Shown in pieces: positions 1-9,021 of a stretch of 64,000 nt of DNA. The DNA lies in assembly GCA_002457675.1 (NCBI GenBank), contig NTKK01000004.1:91666-155665 (forward strand), read 5' to 3'. A program made the position numbers and the translations under genes. The DNA comes from Bacteroidetes bacterium MED-G17. GTDB taxonomy: Bacteria > Bacteroidota > Bacteroidia > NS11-12g > UBA9320. The notes beneath the pieces are model-generated. The model ran no database searches and was not told where the DNA came from. It saw nothing but the letters and a program-made list of their open reading frames with translations. Numbering within the stretch: the first letter of the stretch is position 1; every line of letters begins with the position of its first letter.

Positions 1-518
1 TGGTCAAATTCTTTTTGGATGGCTTTCAATACTTTGAGCCAATTTTCTTTGGCAAAATAGGTTCCTCCATGAAATGCCCTTCCGTCTGGCAAGGCAAAGA
101 CATTAAGAGGCCACCCACCCCCACCTGTCAACAAATTAACAGACCGCATATATAGTTCATCAACATCAGGCCTTTCTTCACGATCTACCTTAATTGAGTA
201 AAAGTATTTGTTCATGTATTCTGCAATCAAGGAATCTTCAAAGCTTTGATGCTCCATTACATGGCACCAATGACATGCAGAATAACCAATGCTAACAATT
301 ATTGGCTTATTTAGTCGTTTTGCCTCGGCCAAGCTTTTTCGGTTCCAAGCGTGCCATTTAACTGGATTGTAGGCGTGTTGCAATAAATATGGGCTGGTCT
401 CATAAATAAGATCGTTGCTAATTTTCCTTTTTTTGTGGGCGTGATTTTCCAAACTACTACAAGAGATAAAAAAACAAGAGAGGGCAATTAAATACTGGAC
501 AGGTTTTTTGATAAACAA
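1..518 (-). CDS. DUF255/thioredoxin-domain (YyaL-like) lipoprotein, 5' part only. The gene runs off the window start, and the putative start is TTG at 518-516.
   Basis: Not in the ORF track (no ATG). Reverse-strand translation reads (M/L)[21 protein letters not shown]...[59 protein letters not shown]...[12 protein letters not shown]. The [14 protein letters not shown] and [12 protein letters not shown] motifs are typical of the DUF255 thioredoxin-like family. There is a lipoprotein-type signal (ISCSS). The frame is open to position 1. Confidence 0.55.
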   Translation of the reverse strand, partial: MFIKKPVQYLIALSCFFISCSSLENHAHKKRKISNDLIYETSPYLLQHAYNPVKWHAWNRKSLAEAKRLNKPIIVSIGYSACHWCHVMEHQSFEDSLIAEYMNKYFYSIKVDREERPDVDELYMRSVNLLTGGGGWPLNVFALPDGRAFHGGTYFAKENWLKVLKAIQKEFD

Positions 519-521
519 TAC

Positions 522-1520
522 CTAAGCCAGTAATTTTACGCTAATTTTTTGATGTATTTCTTCCATCAATTCTTGATTATCTAGCAAAAGTTGTTTAACT
601 GTATCTCTACCCTGACCGAGTTTTGTTCCGTCATAACTAAACCAAGAACCACTTTTCTGAATAAACTCGTTTTCAACAGCCATATCTAATATTTCGCCAG
701 CTCTTGAAATTCCTTCTCCATACATGATATCAAATTCAATGGTACGAAAAGGTGGTGCAACTTTATTTTTAGCAACTTTTATGCGCGCCCTATTACCAAT
801 AACCTCTGTATTGTCTTTAATCTGTCCGATTCTTCGAATGTCTAACCTTACCGATGCATAGAACTTTAGTGCATTTCCACCAGTAGTTGTTTCAGGATTT
901 CCAAACATAACGCCAATTTTTTCACGCAATTGATTAATAAAAATACAAACGCAACCTGTCTTGTTTATTGACCCTGTAAGTTTTCTTAGAGCTTGTGACA
1001 TCAATCTAGCTTGCAAGCCCATTTTGCTTTCTCCCATTTCTCCCTCAATTTCTGCCTTGGGAACAAGTGCGGCAACCGAGTCAATAACTACTATATCCAA
1101 AGCGCCTGATCGAATCAAGTTATCAGCAATTTCTAGCGCTTGTTCACCATCGTCAGGTTGAGAAATCAAAAGATCTGTAGTATTAATACCAATCTTTTCT
1201 GCATAAAATTTATCAAAAGCGTGTTCCGCATCAATAAAAGCGGCCAAACCACCTTTTTTTTGGGCTTCTGCAATGGCATGCATCGCCAAGGTTGTCTTAC
1301 CCGAGGATTCAGGCCCATATATTTCAATAACTCTTCCTTTCGGGAAACCGCCAACTCCAAGTGCAAGGTCCAACCCTAGTGAACCCGTCGGGATAACTTC
1401 CATTCTTTCAACTTTGTCATCATCCATTTTCATCACTACGCCTTTACCATACGATCTTTCTAGTTTATCAATGGTTAACTTCAATGCCTTAAGTTTCTCG
1501 TTTACTTCTTTGTTACTCAT
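522..1520 (-). CDS. recA: Recombinase RecA
   Basis: 332 aa. Walker [10 protein letters not shown], and canonical RecA sequence along the whole length ([31 protein letters not shown]). Confidence 0.97.
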   Translation of the reverse strand: MSNKEVNEKLKALKLTIDKLERSYGKGVVMKMDDDKVERMEVIPTGSLGLDLALGVGGFPKGRVIEIYGPESSGKTTLAMHAIAEAQKKGGLAAFIDAEHAFDKFYAEKIGINTTDLLISQPDDGEQALEIADNLIRSGALDIVVIDSVAALVPKAEIEGEMGESKMGLQARLMSQALRKLTGSINKTGCVCIFINQLREKIGVMFGNPETTTGGNALKFYASVRLDIRRIGQIKDNTEVIGNRARIKVAKNKVAPPFRTIEFDIMYGEGISRAGEILDMAVENEFIQKSGSWFSYDGTKLGQGRDTVKQLLLDNQELMEEIHQKISVKLLA

Positions 1521-1671
1521 TTTATCTATTTAAGAACAAGCAAGAAAGGACTTGAAGGCCATAAAAACAACCCTTGTTGATATTTTGCCCAAAAGGTATG
1601 CGTATGAAATGTGGAAACAATAAGCGAAGATTAAGCATACATTTTTATTTATTTGAATCGTTATTAGACAA

Positions 1672-3303
1672 ATGAAGCACTTTTGGTATCTTGTTTTGTT
1701 ATTACCGAATTTGGCTAATTCTCAAGTGGTGGATACACTTTCTGAAATAGACGAAATAGAGATTATAACAAAATACAAACCAATATTGGTTGAAGCAGAT
1801 AAGATTAAGATTTTACCCGAACTAAGCTCTGAAAAAATTGATTTACCCACGTTGGAATACAATTTACCAGATATTTTGCCAAAAATTAGGAACAACTATA
1901 GACCAATTAAGCCTGTTTCCTTAAAGAAAGAAAAACAAGATCCTTTATATGGAAATTATGCAAAACTTGGATTCGGAAATTACCGTAGCCCTTTTGCAGA
2001 ATTTCATTTGCACAATTTAGAGGACAATAAATATAGCTATGGCCTTGGGCTTTTACACCATTCAGCCCGAGGAGGGAATACAGGTGTTTTAAAAAATGCT
2101 CGCTACAGCAATAACAACTTTAATATCTATGGTGAGAAATTCACCCGTAAAGGTGTACTAAACACAAAATTCAATTACGAACGGAAAGGAATTACCCGTT
2201 ATGGTTATCAAATGGACTCCTCAGAACTAAATATTGAAGACCTTAAAAGGACGTTCAATTTGAGCGAACTTCAAGTCGGTTATAGCTCTATAAGCGAGAA
2301 AAATAAGAATGGGTTTGTTTTGAGTTCAGCACTTAGCTCTTTTGGCAACGATAGTGCTTCTGAATTTGATTTGGCTTTAGATGGTGGAATCAAATGGTCC
2401 GGTCGAAATCTTCGTTTTGACTGGCTTTCGCAATTAGACATTACCCAATATTCAAAAGACACTTTTAGTCTTAATCGGCTATTTGTTCACACCTTCCCCA
2501 AAATCACTTTCAAGAAAAAGCTGCTTACGCTTAGCTTAGGCGCAAAAGTCTGTATTCCAACAGGAGACGACACAACATCTGAGAATCTTTATGTAAATCC
2601 ATATGCTTTTGTAGATTATCAACTTGCGCCAGACATATTGCATATTTTTGGTGAAATAGATGGAGGTCTAATCAAAAATGATTTCGAAGGATTGGCCAAA
2701 ATAAATCCATTTTTGAATCAAAATTTTTCTCTCAAAAATACATTTAATGCATTTGATTTTAGAGCAGGTGCAAAAGGTAGCCTTAACAACTTTTCTTATT
2801 CTGGAAATCTATATGTAAATGTTCAAAACAATCGTGTTTTATTTATTTCGGATAGTACAGCTTTCAGGGGCTTTGACGTATTATATGACGACATTACCCA
2901 AAGTGGCTTTGTTGCACAAATTGGCTACACATTTCGACAAAAAGGTTTTGTAAATGCCCAATTGAGTTTAAACGATTTCAAATTAGAAAAATATGCAGAT
3001 GCCTTTCATTTGCCCAATACAGAATTTGAGTTGCACGGAAGATATATTTGGAATAAAAAAATGATATTGAAAGCGGATGGACTATTTTGGGGCGAGCGAA
3101 CCAATAGTAATTCAAGTGATTTAGACAAAATAAACATACTTCCAGCATTTTTTGACCTAAGTATTGGATTGGAGTATTTACATAAAAAAACGCTTGCTTT
3201 TTTCTTAGAAGGAAACAACATTTTAAACAATAAGTATCAATTTTGGGCAAACCATCCACGATTTGGCATAAACGTAATGGGAGGCGTTTCACTTTCGATA
3301 TAG
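1672..3303 (+). CDS. Hypothetical outer-membrane (beta-barrel-like) protein with an N-terminal signal peptide
   Basis: 543 aa. Signal peptide MKHFWYLVLLLPNLANS, alternating hydrophobic pattern, and an aromatic-rich C-terminus. No recognisable catalytic motifs. It lies first in a tightly packed unit with the HU-like protein and exbBD-tonB. Confidence 0.5.
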   Translation: MKHFWYLVLLLPNLANSQVVDTLSEIDEIEIITKYKPILVEADKIKILPELSSEKIDLPTLEYNLPDILPKIRNNYRPIKPVSLKKEKQDPLYGNYAKLGFGNYRSPFAEFHLHNLEDNKYSYGLGLLHHSARGGNTGVLKNARYSNNNFNIYGEKFTRKGVLNTKFNYERKGITRYGYQMDSSELNIEDLKRTFNLSELQVGYSSISEKNKNGFVLSSALSSFGNDSASEFDLALDGGIKWSGRNLRFDWLSQLDITQYSKDTFSLNRLFVHTFPKITFKKKLLTLSLGAKVCIPTGDDTTSENLYVNPYAFVDYQLAPDILHIFGEIDGGLIKNDFEGLAKINPFLNQNFSLKNTFNAFDFRAGAKGSLNNFSYSGNLYVNVQNNRVLFISDSTAFRGFDVLYDDITQSGFVAQIGYTFRQKGFVNAQLSLNDFKLEKYADAFHLPNTEFELHGRYIWNKKMILKADGLFWGERTNSNSSDLDKINILPAFFDLSIGLEYLHKKTLAFFLEGNNILNNKYQFWANHPRFGINVMGGVSLSI

Positions 3304-4026
3304 ATGACTTTAGATCAAATTATATCAGCAACATTAAAAGAGCAAAATAGCATAGTTCTCCCGAACTTCGGTCGTTTGGTGGTGATCACCTCTCCTACCA
3401 AAATTTCAAGAAGTACAGATGCTGCAAAACCAGAACACAAAAAAATTGTCTTTAGCTCAAACCCTAGTATAAAGGATGATGTACTTGAAAACCAAGTCAT
3501 TCAATTAAATAGATTAGATAAAAAAAATGCACAAAAAGAGATTCTTGCTTTCATAAAAGAGTTAAAAGCTCGTTTAAGTTCTGAAGGGGAAGTGCATATA
3601 AAAGGAGTTGGACTTTTTGAAAATAAGGACAACAATCAAGTACTATTTACGTCCAAGTTTGAACACAATCAAACTTCAGCCTATTTTGGTTTGCAAGAAG
3701 TGCAGTTGAAAAGAATAAGTCAAGAAAAACTAAATGAAGAAAAATCCAATAGAGTAGAATCAATTACAAATCATTCTACAACCAAAAAAGAAGAAATTAA
3801 ACAGAGTATTCAAAAAGTCAAGACAAAAAAAGAATCATTAAATATCAAAAATAAAAACCCAATAAAAGTACTTTTATTATTAATCATTTCAACGTTACTA
3901 CTAGCGCTAATTGTCGGTTATTTTTATTTAGAATCGAAAGCCTATGAGCAAGAAGAAAAAACTAGAATAGAGGCACTCAAAAAATTTAAAGAACAAAATC
4001 AAACAAAAAATCAAACAAACTTATGA
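3304..4026 (+). CDS. Membrane-anchored protein with two HU-like (CCDC81-type) domains
   Basis: 240 aa. The N-terminus MTLDQIISATLKEQNSIVLPNFGRLVV and the second repeat EILAFIKELKARLSSEGEVHIKGVGLFEN resemble the HU beta-arm pattern (x-IPGFG-F) of bacterial HU-CCDC81 domains. There is a lysine-rich linker and a C-terminal TM segment (VLLLLIISTLLLALIVGYFYL). The start is 1 nt after the upstream stop, and the end overlaps the exbB start by 4 nt. Confidence 0.45.
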   Translation: MTLDQIISATLKEQNSIVLPNFGRLVVITSPTKISRSTDAAKPEHKKIVFSSNPSIKDDVLENQVIQLNRLDKKNAQKEILAFIKELKARLSSEGEVHIKGVGLFENKDNNQVLFTSKFEHNQTSAYFGLQEVQLKRISQEKLNEEKSNRVESITNHSTTKKEEIKQSIQKVKTKKESLNIKNKNPIKVLLLLIISTLLLALIVGYFYLESKAYEQEEKTRIEALKKFKEQNQTKNQTNL

Positions 4027-4706
4027 ATCCAATCTTTTTGCAAATCGCTTTGGACAGCGCACAAAATGAAATTACAGTAAATGAGGGCCTTGACGTTGTT
4101 GATTTGGCTACAAAAGGAGGTATTGTAGTCATCATCATTACCCTTCTTAGTATCATTGCAGTATACATTTCCTTAGAAAGATATTTCACAATAAGAAAAG
4201 CGAGCAAAAGTGATAAAACTTTCTTAAACCAAATAAAAACCATGGTTCAAAATGGAAATATCCAAGAAGCCCAAAATATGTGTGCTTCAAATAATAGCCC
4301 TTATAGTAGAATGATTTCAAAAGGACTTTCTAGGATTGGAAAACCACTTGAAGATATTCGCGTAGCGGTAGAAAATACGGGCAATCTAGAAATCACCAAA
4401 CTTGAAAGAAGTTTGCCCATTTTGGCAACAATATCGGGAGCGGCACCAATGCTTGGCTTCTTAGGCACCGTAACGGGTATGATCAAAACTTTTTTTGTGC
4501 TTAGTCGAGAGGGTGATAGAATAGAACCTGGCTTATTGAGCGGCGGCATATATGAAGCCATGGTTACCACTGTCGCCGGCCTTATCGTAGGTATTATAGC
4601 CTATGTGGCATACAACTTATTGACAGCAAAAATAGACCGAGTAGTTTATAAGCTCGAATCAACATCAATGGAGTTTTTAGATATACTTCACGAACCAGCA
4701 AAGTAA
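4023..4706 (+). CDS. exbB: MotA/TolQ/ExbB proton-channel family protein
   Basis: 227 aa with three TM segments and a conserved C-terminal region (ISGAAPMLGFLGTVTGMIKTF, GGIYEAMVTTVAGLIVGI). Confidence 0.85.
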   Translation: MNPIFLQIALDSAQNEITVNEGLDVVDLATKGGIVVIIITLLSIIAVYISLERYFTIRKASKSDKTFLNQIKTMVQNGNIQEAQNMCASNNSPYSRMISKGLSRIGKPLEDIRVAVENTGNLEITKLERSLPILATISGAAPMLGFLGTVTGMIKTFFVLSREGDRIEPGLLSGGIYEAMVTTVAGLIVGIIAYVAYNLLTAKIDRVVYKLESTSMEFLDILHEPAK

Positions 4707-4707
4707 A

Positions 4708-5103
4708 ATGGCGCTTAAAAAAAGAAGCAAAATAGATCCAATGTTCAATATGAGCTCCATGACGGATATCATATTTTTATTGCTCATATTTTTTGTAATC
4801 ACTTCTACCACGGTAAGAGAACCTATCATGAAAATTGCCTTACCCAAAGGCGTTAAAAAAAATATTATTAAGCAAATCGTCCGTGTTTATGTAGATAAAG
4901 ACAAAAATTATGCGATAGATGAAAGAAAAATCACTTTGACACGTTTACCTTTTGAACTTAAAGAGGTATTAAAAAATAAACCTGGAGCAACCGTATCCAT
5001 TCATGGTGATGAAGAAATAGATTATGGCGCCGTTATGGAACTGGTAAGAATTGCTGACCAACTAGAAGCCAAAGTAGTTCTTGCACTAGATCCAGCGAAC
5101 TAA
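4708..5103 (+). CDS. exbD: Biopolymer transport protein ExbD/TolR
   Basis: 131 aa. N-terminal TM (MTDIIFLLLIFFVITST) and an ExbD-type periplasmic domain. It sits 2 nt after exbB. Confidence 0.85.
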   Translation: MALKKRSKIDPMFNMSSMTDIIFLLLIFFVITSTTVREPIMKIALPKGVKKNIIKQIVRVYVDKDKNYAIDERKITLTRLPFELKEVLKNKPGATVSIHGDEEIDYGAVMELVRIADQLEAKVVLALDPAN

Positions 5104-5105
5104 AT

Positions 5106-5888
5106 ATGAAAAATAAAGAGACATACAAAACAGAAGCAACTATTGGCACATTTACGATATTCAGTCTTTTGTTTGTTTTTCTTTTTGTTCTAGGATTCTC
5201 AAGATGTGCCAATGAAGAAATAGAAGATTTGGATGAAAGTGGTGTAACGGTAAGCTTAGGAGAGCAAGACTATGGAGGGCAAGAGGAGGTTCCCATTGAA
5301 ACAGAAACCATGGAAGAGTTCGAAGAAAATCCTGTTACTGAAGAAGTGCAAACACTGAGCCAAGATGCGGAGGCTCCTGAAGTTCAACAGACTGCTTCAG
5401 ACAAAAAAACAAATGAAGAAAGACCAAGCCCACCCGTTGAAGAAACAAAACCAACTGAAAAACCAATAGAGAGGAAACCAAATCAAAGAAGCTTATTCAA
5501 TGCGCCGAAGCAAGGAAGTGGATTTGGGAGTGGAACCAAATCAGGAAATCAAGGAGAATTGAACGGAGAAGTAGGTGGTAAACCGGATGGTATGGGCCAG
5601 GGAAATGCAGGAAACAGCTCTGGGAGATATACCCTTGCTGGAAGAAAACCGGAGTATATTGAAGAACCAAACACCAATTTAAGTCAGGATTGCAAAGTTG
5701 TAGTAGAAGTAAAAGTAGATGCAGATGGAAATGTCTTGAAAGCTGTTGCTACCCCATTAGGGTATTGCTCAACGCCTAGTTTGTTGAGAGCTGCTGAAAA
5801 AGCAGCTTTAAAATGGAAATTTAGCAAAAGAATCGATAGTAAAAACAATCAATTTGGCACCATTACCTTCAAGTACAAAAGAGGATAG
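5106..5888 (+). CDS. tonB: Energy transducer TonB-family protein
   Basis: 260 aa. N-terminal TM anchor, then an acidic/proline-rich linker (EETKPTEKPIERKP), then a C-terminal TonB-like domain (CKVVVEVKVDADGNVLKAVATPLGY...AALKWKF). Confidence 0.65.
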   Translation: MKNKETYKTEATIGTFTIFSLLFVFLFVLGFSRCANEEIEDLDESGVTVSLGEQDYGGQEEVPIETETMEEFEENPVTEEVQTLSQDAEAPEVQQTASDKKTNEERPSPPVEETKPTEKPIERKPNQRSLFNAPKQGSGFGSGTKSGNQGELNGEVGGKPDGMGQGNAGNSSGRYTLAGRKPEYIEEPNTNLSQDCKVVVEVKVDADGNVLKAVATPLGYCSTPSLLRAAEKAALKWKFSKRIDSKNNQFGTITFKYKRG

Positions 5889-7113
5889 TTTTTCAAAAAC
5901 CCTGCAATATTTGTATTCCAAACTGCCAATTTACCAAAGAATTGGAAGAGGTGCTTTCAAAAAAGATTTAACGAACATCAAAAAACTTTGCTCCTTTCTT
6001 GGAAATGTTCATCGCGAATTCAGTTCTATGCATATTGCTGGTACAAATGGCAAGGGAAGTACAGCGCATATTTTATCGGCTATTTATCAAAATAATGGCT
6101 ATAAAGTAGGACTTTACACCTCTCCTCACCTAATTGATTTTAGAGAACGAATTAAGATCAATGGAGAGCTAGTCGATAAAAATTATATCGTTGAGATAAC
6201 ACAAAAACTTAAACCCATTATCAACAAAATTGAACCTTCATTTTTTGAAATTACAGTGGCTATAGCATTCAGCTACTTTGCATCAAAGAAAGTAGACATA
6301 GCCATCATAGAAACTGGCCTGGGTGGACGCCTAGATTCTACAAATATTATTGACCCGTTGGTCTCAATAATCACAACCATCGATTATGACCATATGGATT
6401 TATTGGGTGATACCTTGGAGGAAATTGCCTTTGAAAAAGCAGGAATTATCAAAATGGATAGACCGCTAGTACTTGGAGAAGAATCAAAACAGTTGAAAGC
6501 AATTTTTGACAAAATTGCATTACAGAATAATGCACCAATTTTCTATGCAGACAATGGCAATTACCAAACCGATCTATTTGGTGATATTCAACAAAAAAAT
6601 ATTGGGTTGGGTTTAAAAGCTGTTGAACTTGCTCAAAATAGTCTCCCAACAAAGCACATAAAAAATATAGAAGCGCTAAAACAGGTAAAAAAGTTGAGTA
6701 ACATTCAAGGAAGATTTCAAATTGCCACGGAAAAACCTTTAACCATTTTAGACGTCGGGCACAATGCGCAGGCATTCAAATTAAATCTAAAAGAAATTCA
6801 AAAGTTGACCTACAAAAAGTTATTTTTCATTTTGGGATTTATCGTTGGAAAGGACTTGAAAAATATACTAAATCAATTTAATGACGTGGTTGCTGAATTT
6901 CATTTTACCGAACCCAAAATCATGAGAAAACTGCCCATAGATCAACTAATAAAAGAGCTAAACTTAAATTTCAATAAAAACTTTCAAATACATGAAAACG
7001 TGAATGTTGCATATAATTATATCCGAAAAAAAGCAACCAAAGATGATTTAATTTTTGTTGGGGGAAGTACATTTGTGGTTTCAGATTTTTTAAGCTCGAA
7101 CCATGCCAATTGA
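5854..7113 (+). CDS. folC: Bifunctional folylpolyglutamate synthase / dihydrofolate synthase
   Basis: 419 aa. P-loop GTNGKGST, TSPHLIDFRERI, and a Mur-ligase-like middle domain. It overlaps the tonB end by 35 nt, so the true start may be slightly downstream or a non-ATG codon. Confidence 0.85.
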   Translation: MAPLPSSTKEDSFSKTLQYLYSKLPIYQRIGRGAFKKDLTNIKKLCSFLGNVHREFSSMHIAGTNGKGSTAHILSAIYQNNGYKVGLYTSPHLIDFRERIKINGELVDKNYIVEITQKLKPIINKIEPSFFEITVAIAFSYFASKKVDIAIIETGLGGRLDSTNIIDPLVSIITTIDYDHMDLLGDTLEEIAFEKAGIIKMDRPLVLGEESKQLKAIFDKIALQNNAPIFYADNGNYQTDLFGDIQQKNIGLGLKAVELAQNSLPTKHIKNIEALKQVKKLSNIQGRFQIATEKPLTILDVGHNAQAFKLNLKEIQKLTYKKLFFILGFIVGKDLKNILNQFNDVVAEFHFTEPKIMRKLPIDQLIKELNLNFNKNFQIHENVNVAYNYIRKKATKDDLIFVGGSTFVVSDFLSSNHAN

Positions 7114-7543
7114 AATTTATACAGATGGGGCCTGCAGTGGCAATCCTGGACCTGGCGGATACGGCATCGTTATGCGATATGGCAAACACCGGAGGGAGCT
7201 TTCAAAAGGGTATTTCAGGACTACAAACAATAGAATGGAGCTGCTGGCAATTATTAATGCGCTTGAAGAGGTCAAAGCGCCTCAATTACCAATCTTAGTT
7301 ATCACCGATTCAAAATATGTTGTAGATGCAGTAGAGAAAAAGTGGCTTTTTACGTGGGAAAAAAAGAATTTCAAAGACAAAAAAAATCCAGACTTATGGA
7401 TCCGATTTTTAAAAATTTATCGTCAACTCCAGGTAAAGTTCAGGTGGGTTAAAGGGCACGCAGGAAACCCATTAAACGAACTATGTGATCAATTGGCGGT
7501 ACAAGCCAGTAAAAACCCAGAAGAAGAGGATCTCACCAGGTAG
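7103..7543 (+). CDS. rnhA: Ribonuclease HI
   Basis: 146 aa. IYTDGACSGNPGPGGYG...NNRMEL...TDSKYV is the classic RNase H catalytic DEDD context. Confidence 0.9.
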   Translation: MPIEIYTDGACSGNPGPGGYGIVMRYGKHRRELSKGYFRTTNNRMELLAIINALEEVKAPQLPILVITDSKYVVDAVEKKWLFTWEKKNFKDKKNPDLWIRFLKIYRQLQVKFRWVKGHAGNPLNELCDQLAVQASKNPEEEDLTR

Positions 7544-7553
7544 ATTTAAGGCC

Positions 7554-8849
7554 TTATAGAACAAACAAGCTAGTGAGATAACAAATTCCTAGCAAAAATG
7601 CCCCAATTAAATAATGTCCAATAGGCATCCATTTTTGGTAAGAAACACCCGTTTTAGAAAGAAAATATAACAAAACAAATTTTTCTATGAAATAAGCAAT
7701 TAATGCTCCATATGCGATTCCTACAATACCGTAAATATTTCCAAGCCAAAACCCAAATAGTAGGCCAAAAAAGAGTTCTAATGATGAACTTATATAAAAA
7801 TAATTTTGATTGTTTGTTGCAAGCAAAAAAGTTTGTGGAAAGAGCAGACGACTAAGTATAAAAAGTAAAAAAATGTTAAATATTTTAGCAGCCTCGGTAA
7901 ATGATTCGCCGTAAAAAGTAAAAAACAAAAATTTTGAGGACAGCATCAACAAAATAGCAATTGTAAAACATTGCCAAAGTAGTCTTTTGTATGACCTAAT
8001 AAAATCACCCTTGTGCACAGCTAAATTTTTGCTCAAAATACCCGTATAAGCAATGCTAAAACTATTTGCTAGTATAAGAATGAGCGGGAACTCTCTACTA
8101 CCATATCTAAATATTACAAAGTCATCACTAGAAAATGATTGTTTTACATACAGACCCAAAATATGCAACAAGCTACCACCTAAAAGCAGAGAGGCTGTAA
8201 TCGGCAAGGTTGTTTTGATTATAGCAAAAAAATGATCTTTGTATATTCTGATGGGCTTTGGCAAAATCAAAAACATATAAGTGCACTTGCAAATTGCCAA
8301 ACAGGTAAGTAGAGAAAAGGTTAAAACCAAATTTTGCTTCAACCCCATTCCAAAAAGAACCAAAGAAAAATAGAACAGAAAAGTTAGCATCCCGTAAAGA
8401 AGCATTTTCTTCTTTTGGCTTGATATGTATAAATAAAATTCAACAAAATAACCAAGCATATTAAAGAATAGGAATGGTAAAAATCGAATCATTTTTTTTT
8501 GTTCTTCAGCATTTGAAAAAAAGAACAGGTAAAGAACAAACAATACTACAGAGACGCCTGTCATCAATACCAATACCACAAATGCAGACCAAATAAGCTT
8601 TTTTGTTTGATCATTCTTTTTGAAATAAGACACCATGGCTTGATTTAAACTTGATATAAAAAAGAACGATACCAATGTAGATAGTAAAAGTGCTGTTTCA
8701 TAACCGGCAATAAGCTCTTTGTTACAAAACCAAGCCAAAATAAAAGACAACAAAAAATGCGTCCCGTAGCGCATTAAATTGAAGAGCTGAAGGGTATTTA
8801 CTTCATTCAGTTTCGAATAAATTCCTTTTGTATTATTTTGCAATTCCAA
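7554..8849 (-). CDS. Polytopic membrane protein, polysaccharide-biosynthesis / Wzx-like flippase family (tentative)
   Basis: 431 aa with about 12 predicted TM helices and no soluble domains. Its length and topology fit oligosaccharide-flippase/MATE-like proteins. The family assignment is by resemblance only. Confidence 0.4.
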   Translation of the reverse strand: MELQNNTKGIYSKLNEVNTLQLFNLMRYGTHFLLSFILAWFCNKELIAGYETALLLSTLVSFFFISSLNQAMVSYFKKNDQTKKLIWSAFVVLVLMTGVSVVLFVLYLFFFSNAEEQKKMIRFLPFLFFNMLGYFVEFYLYISSQKKKMLLYGMLTFLFYFSLVLFGMGLKQNLVLTFSLLTCLAICKCTYMFLILPKPIRIYKDHFFAIIKTTLPITASLLLGGSLLHILGLYVKQSFSSDDFVIFRYGSREFPLILILANSFSIAYTGILSKNLAVHKGDFIRSYKRLLWQCFTIAILLMLSSKFLFFTFYGESFTEAAKIFNIFLLFILSRLLFPQTFLLATNNQNYFYISSSLELFFGLLFGFWLGNIYGIVGIAYGALIAYFIEKFVLLYFLSKTGVSYQKWMPIGHYLIGAFLLGICYLTSLFVL

Positions 8850-8895
8850 CGATTTGGAAATGCGAAAATGCTTAATTTTGCACGCCTAATCAAAT

Positions 8896-8970
8896 GGTGG
8901 CTGTAGCTCAGTCGGTTAGAGTAGTGGTTTGTGGTGCCATTGGTCGCCGGTTCGAATCCGGTCAGCCACC
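8896..8970 (+). tRNA. tRNA-His (anticodon GTG) with encoded G-1
   Basis: Cloverleaf with acceptor GTGGCTG/CAGCCAC. An extra 5' G pairs with discriminator C73, which is the tRNA-His hallmark. Anticodon loop TTGTGGT, T-loop TTCGAAT. CCA is not encoded. Confidence 0.85.
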
Positions 8971-8976
8971 CAAAAA

Positions 8977-8998
8977 CCCGAGGCAACTCGGGTTTTTT
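8977..8998. terminator. Rho-independent terminator hairpin between convergent tRNA-His and dinB
   Basis: CCCGAG-GCAA-CTCGGG followed by TTTTTT. A-rich upstream (AAAAA), so it could act in both directions. Confidence 0.55.
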
Positions 8999-9021
8999 AT
9001 TGCTTTATTTTGTGCGCTGCA

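Noticed and set aside
961-1533. Four short ORFs (961-1161, 1140-1379, 1166-1366, 1273-1533) inside or antisense to recA
   Set aside because: They are embedded in the strongly supported recA frame with no independent signal. They are typical shadow ORFs. The same applies to other short antisense ORFs listed inside secA, valS, aspS, the RND permease and others.
1521-1671. SOS/LexA box upstream of recA (and at 10243-10334 upstream of dinB)
   Set aside because: I looked for CTGT-N8-ACAG-type or GAAC-N4-GTTC-type palindromes and found none. Bacteroidota generally lack a canonical LexA regulon.
7546-7556. 8-bp palindrome AAGGCCTT between convergent rnhA and the flippase-like gene
   Set aside because: It is too short, with no flanking T-tract. 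It is probably coincidental.
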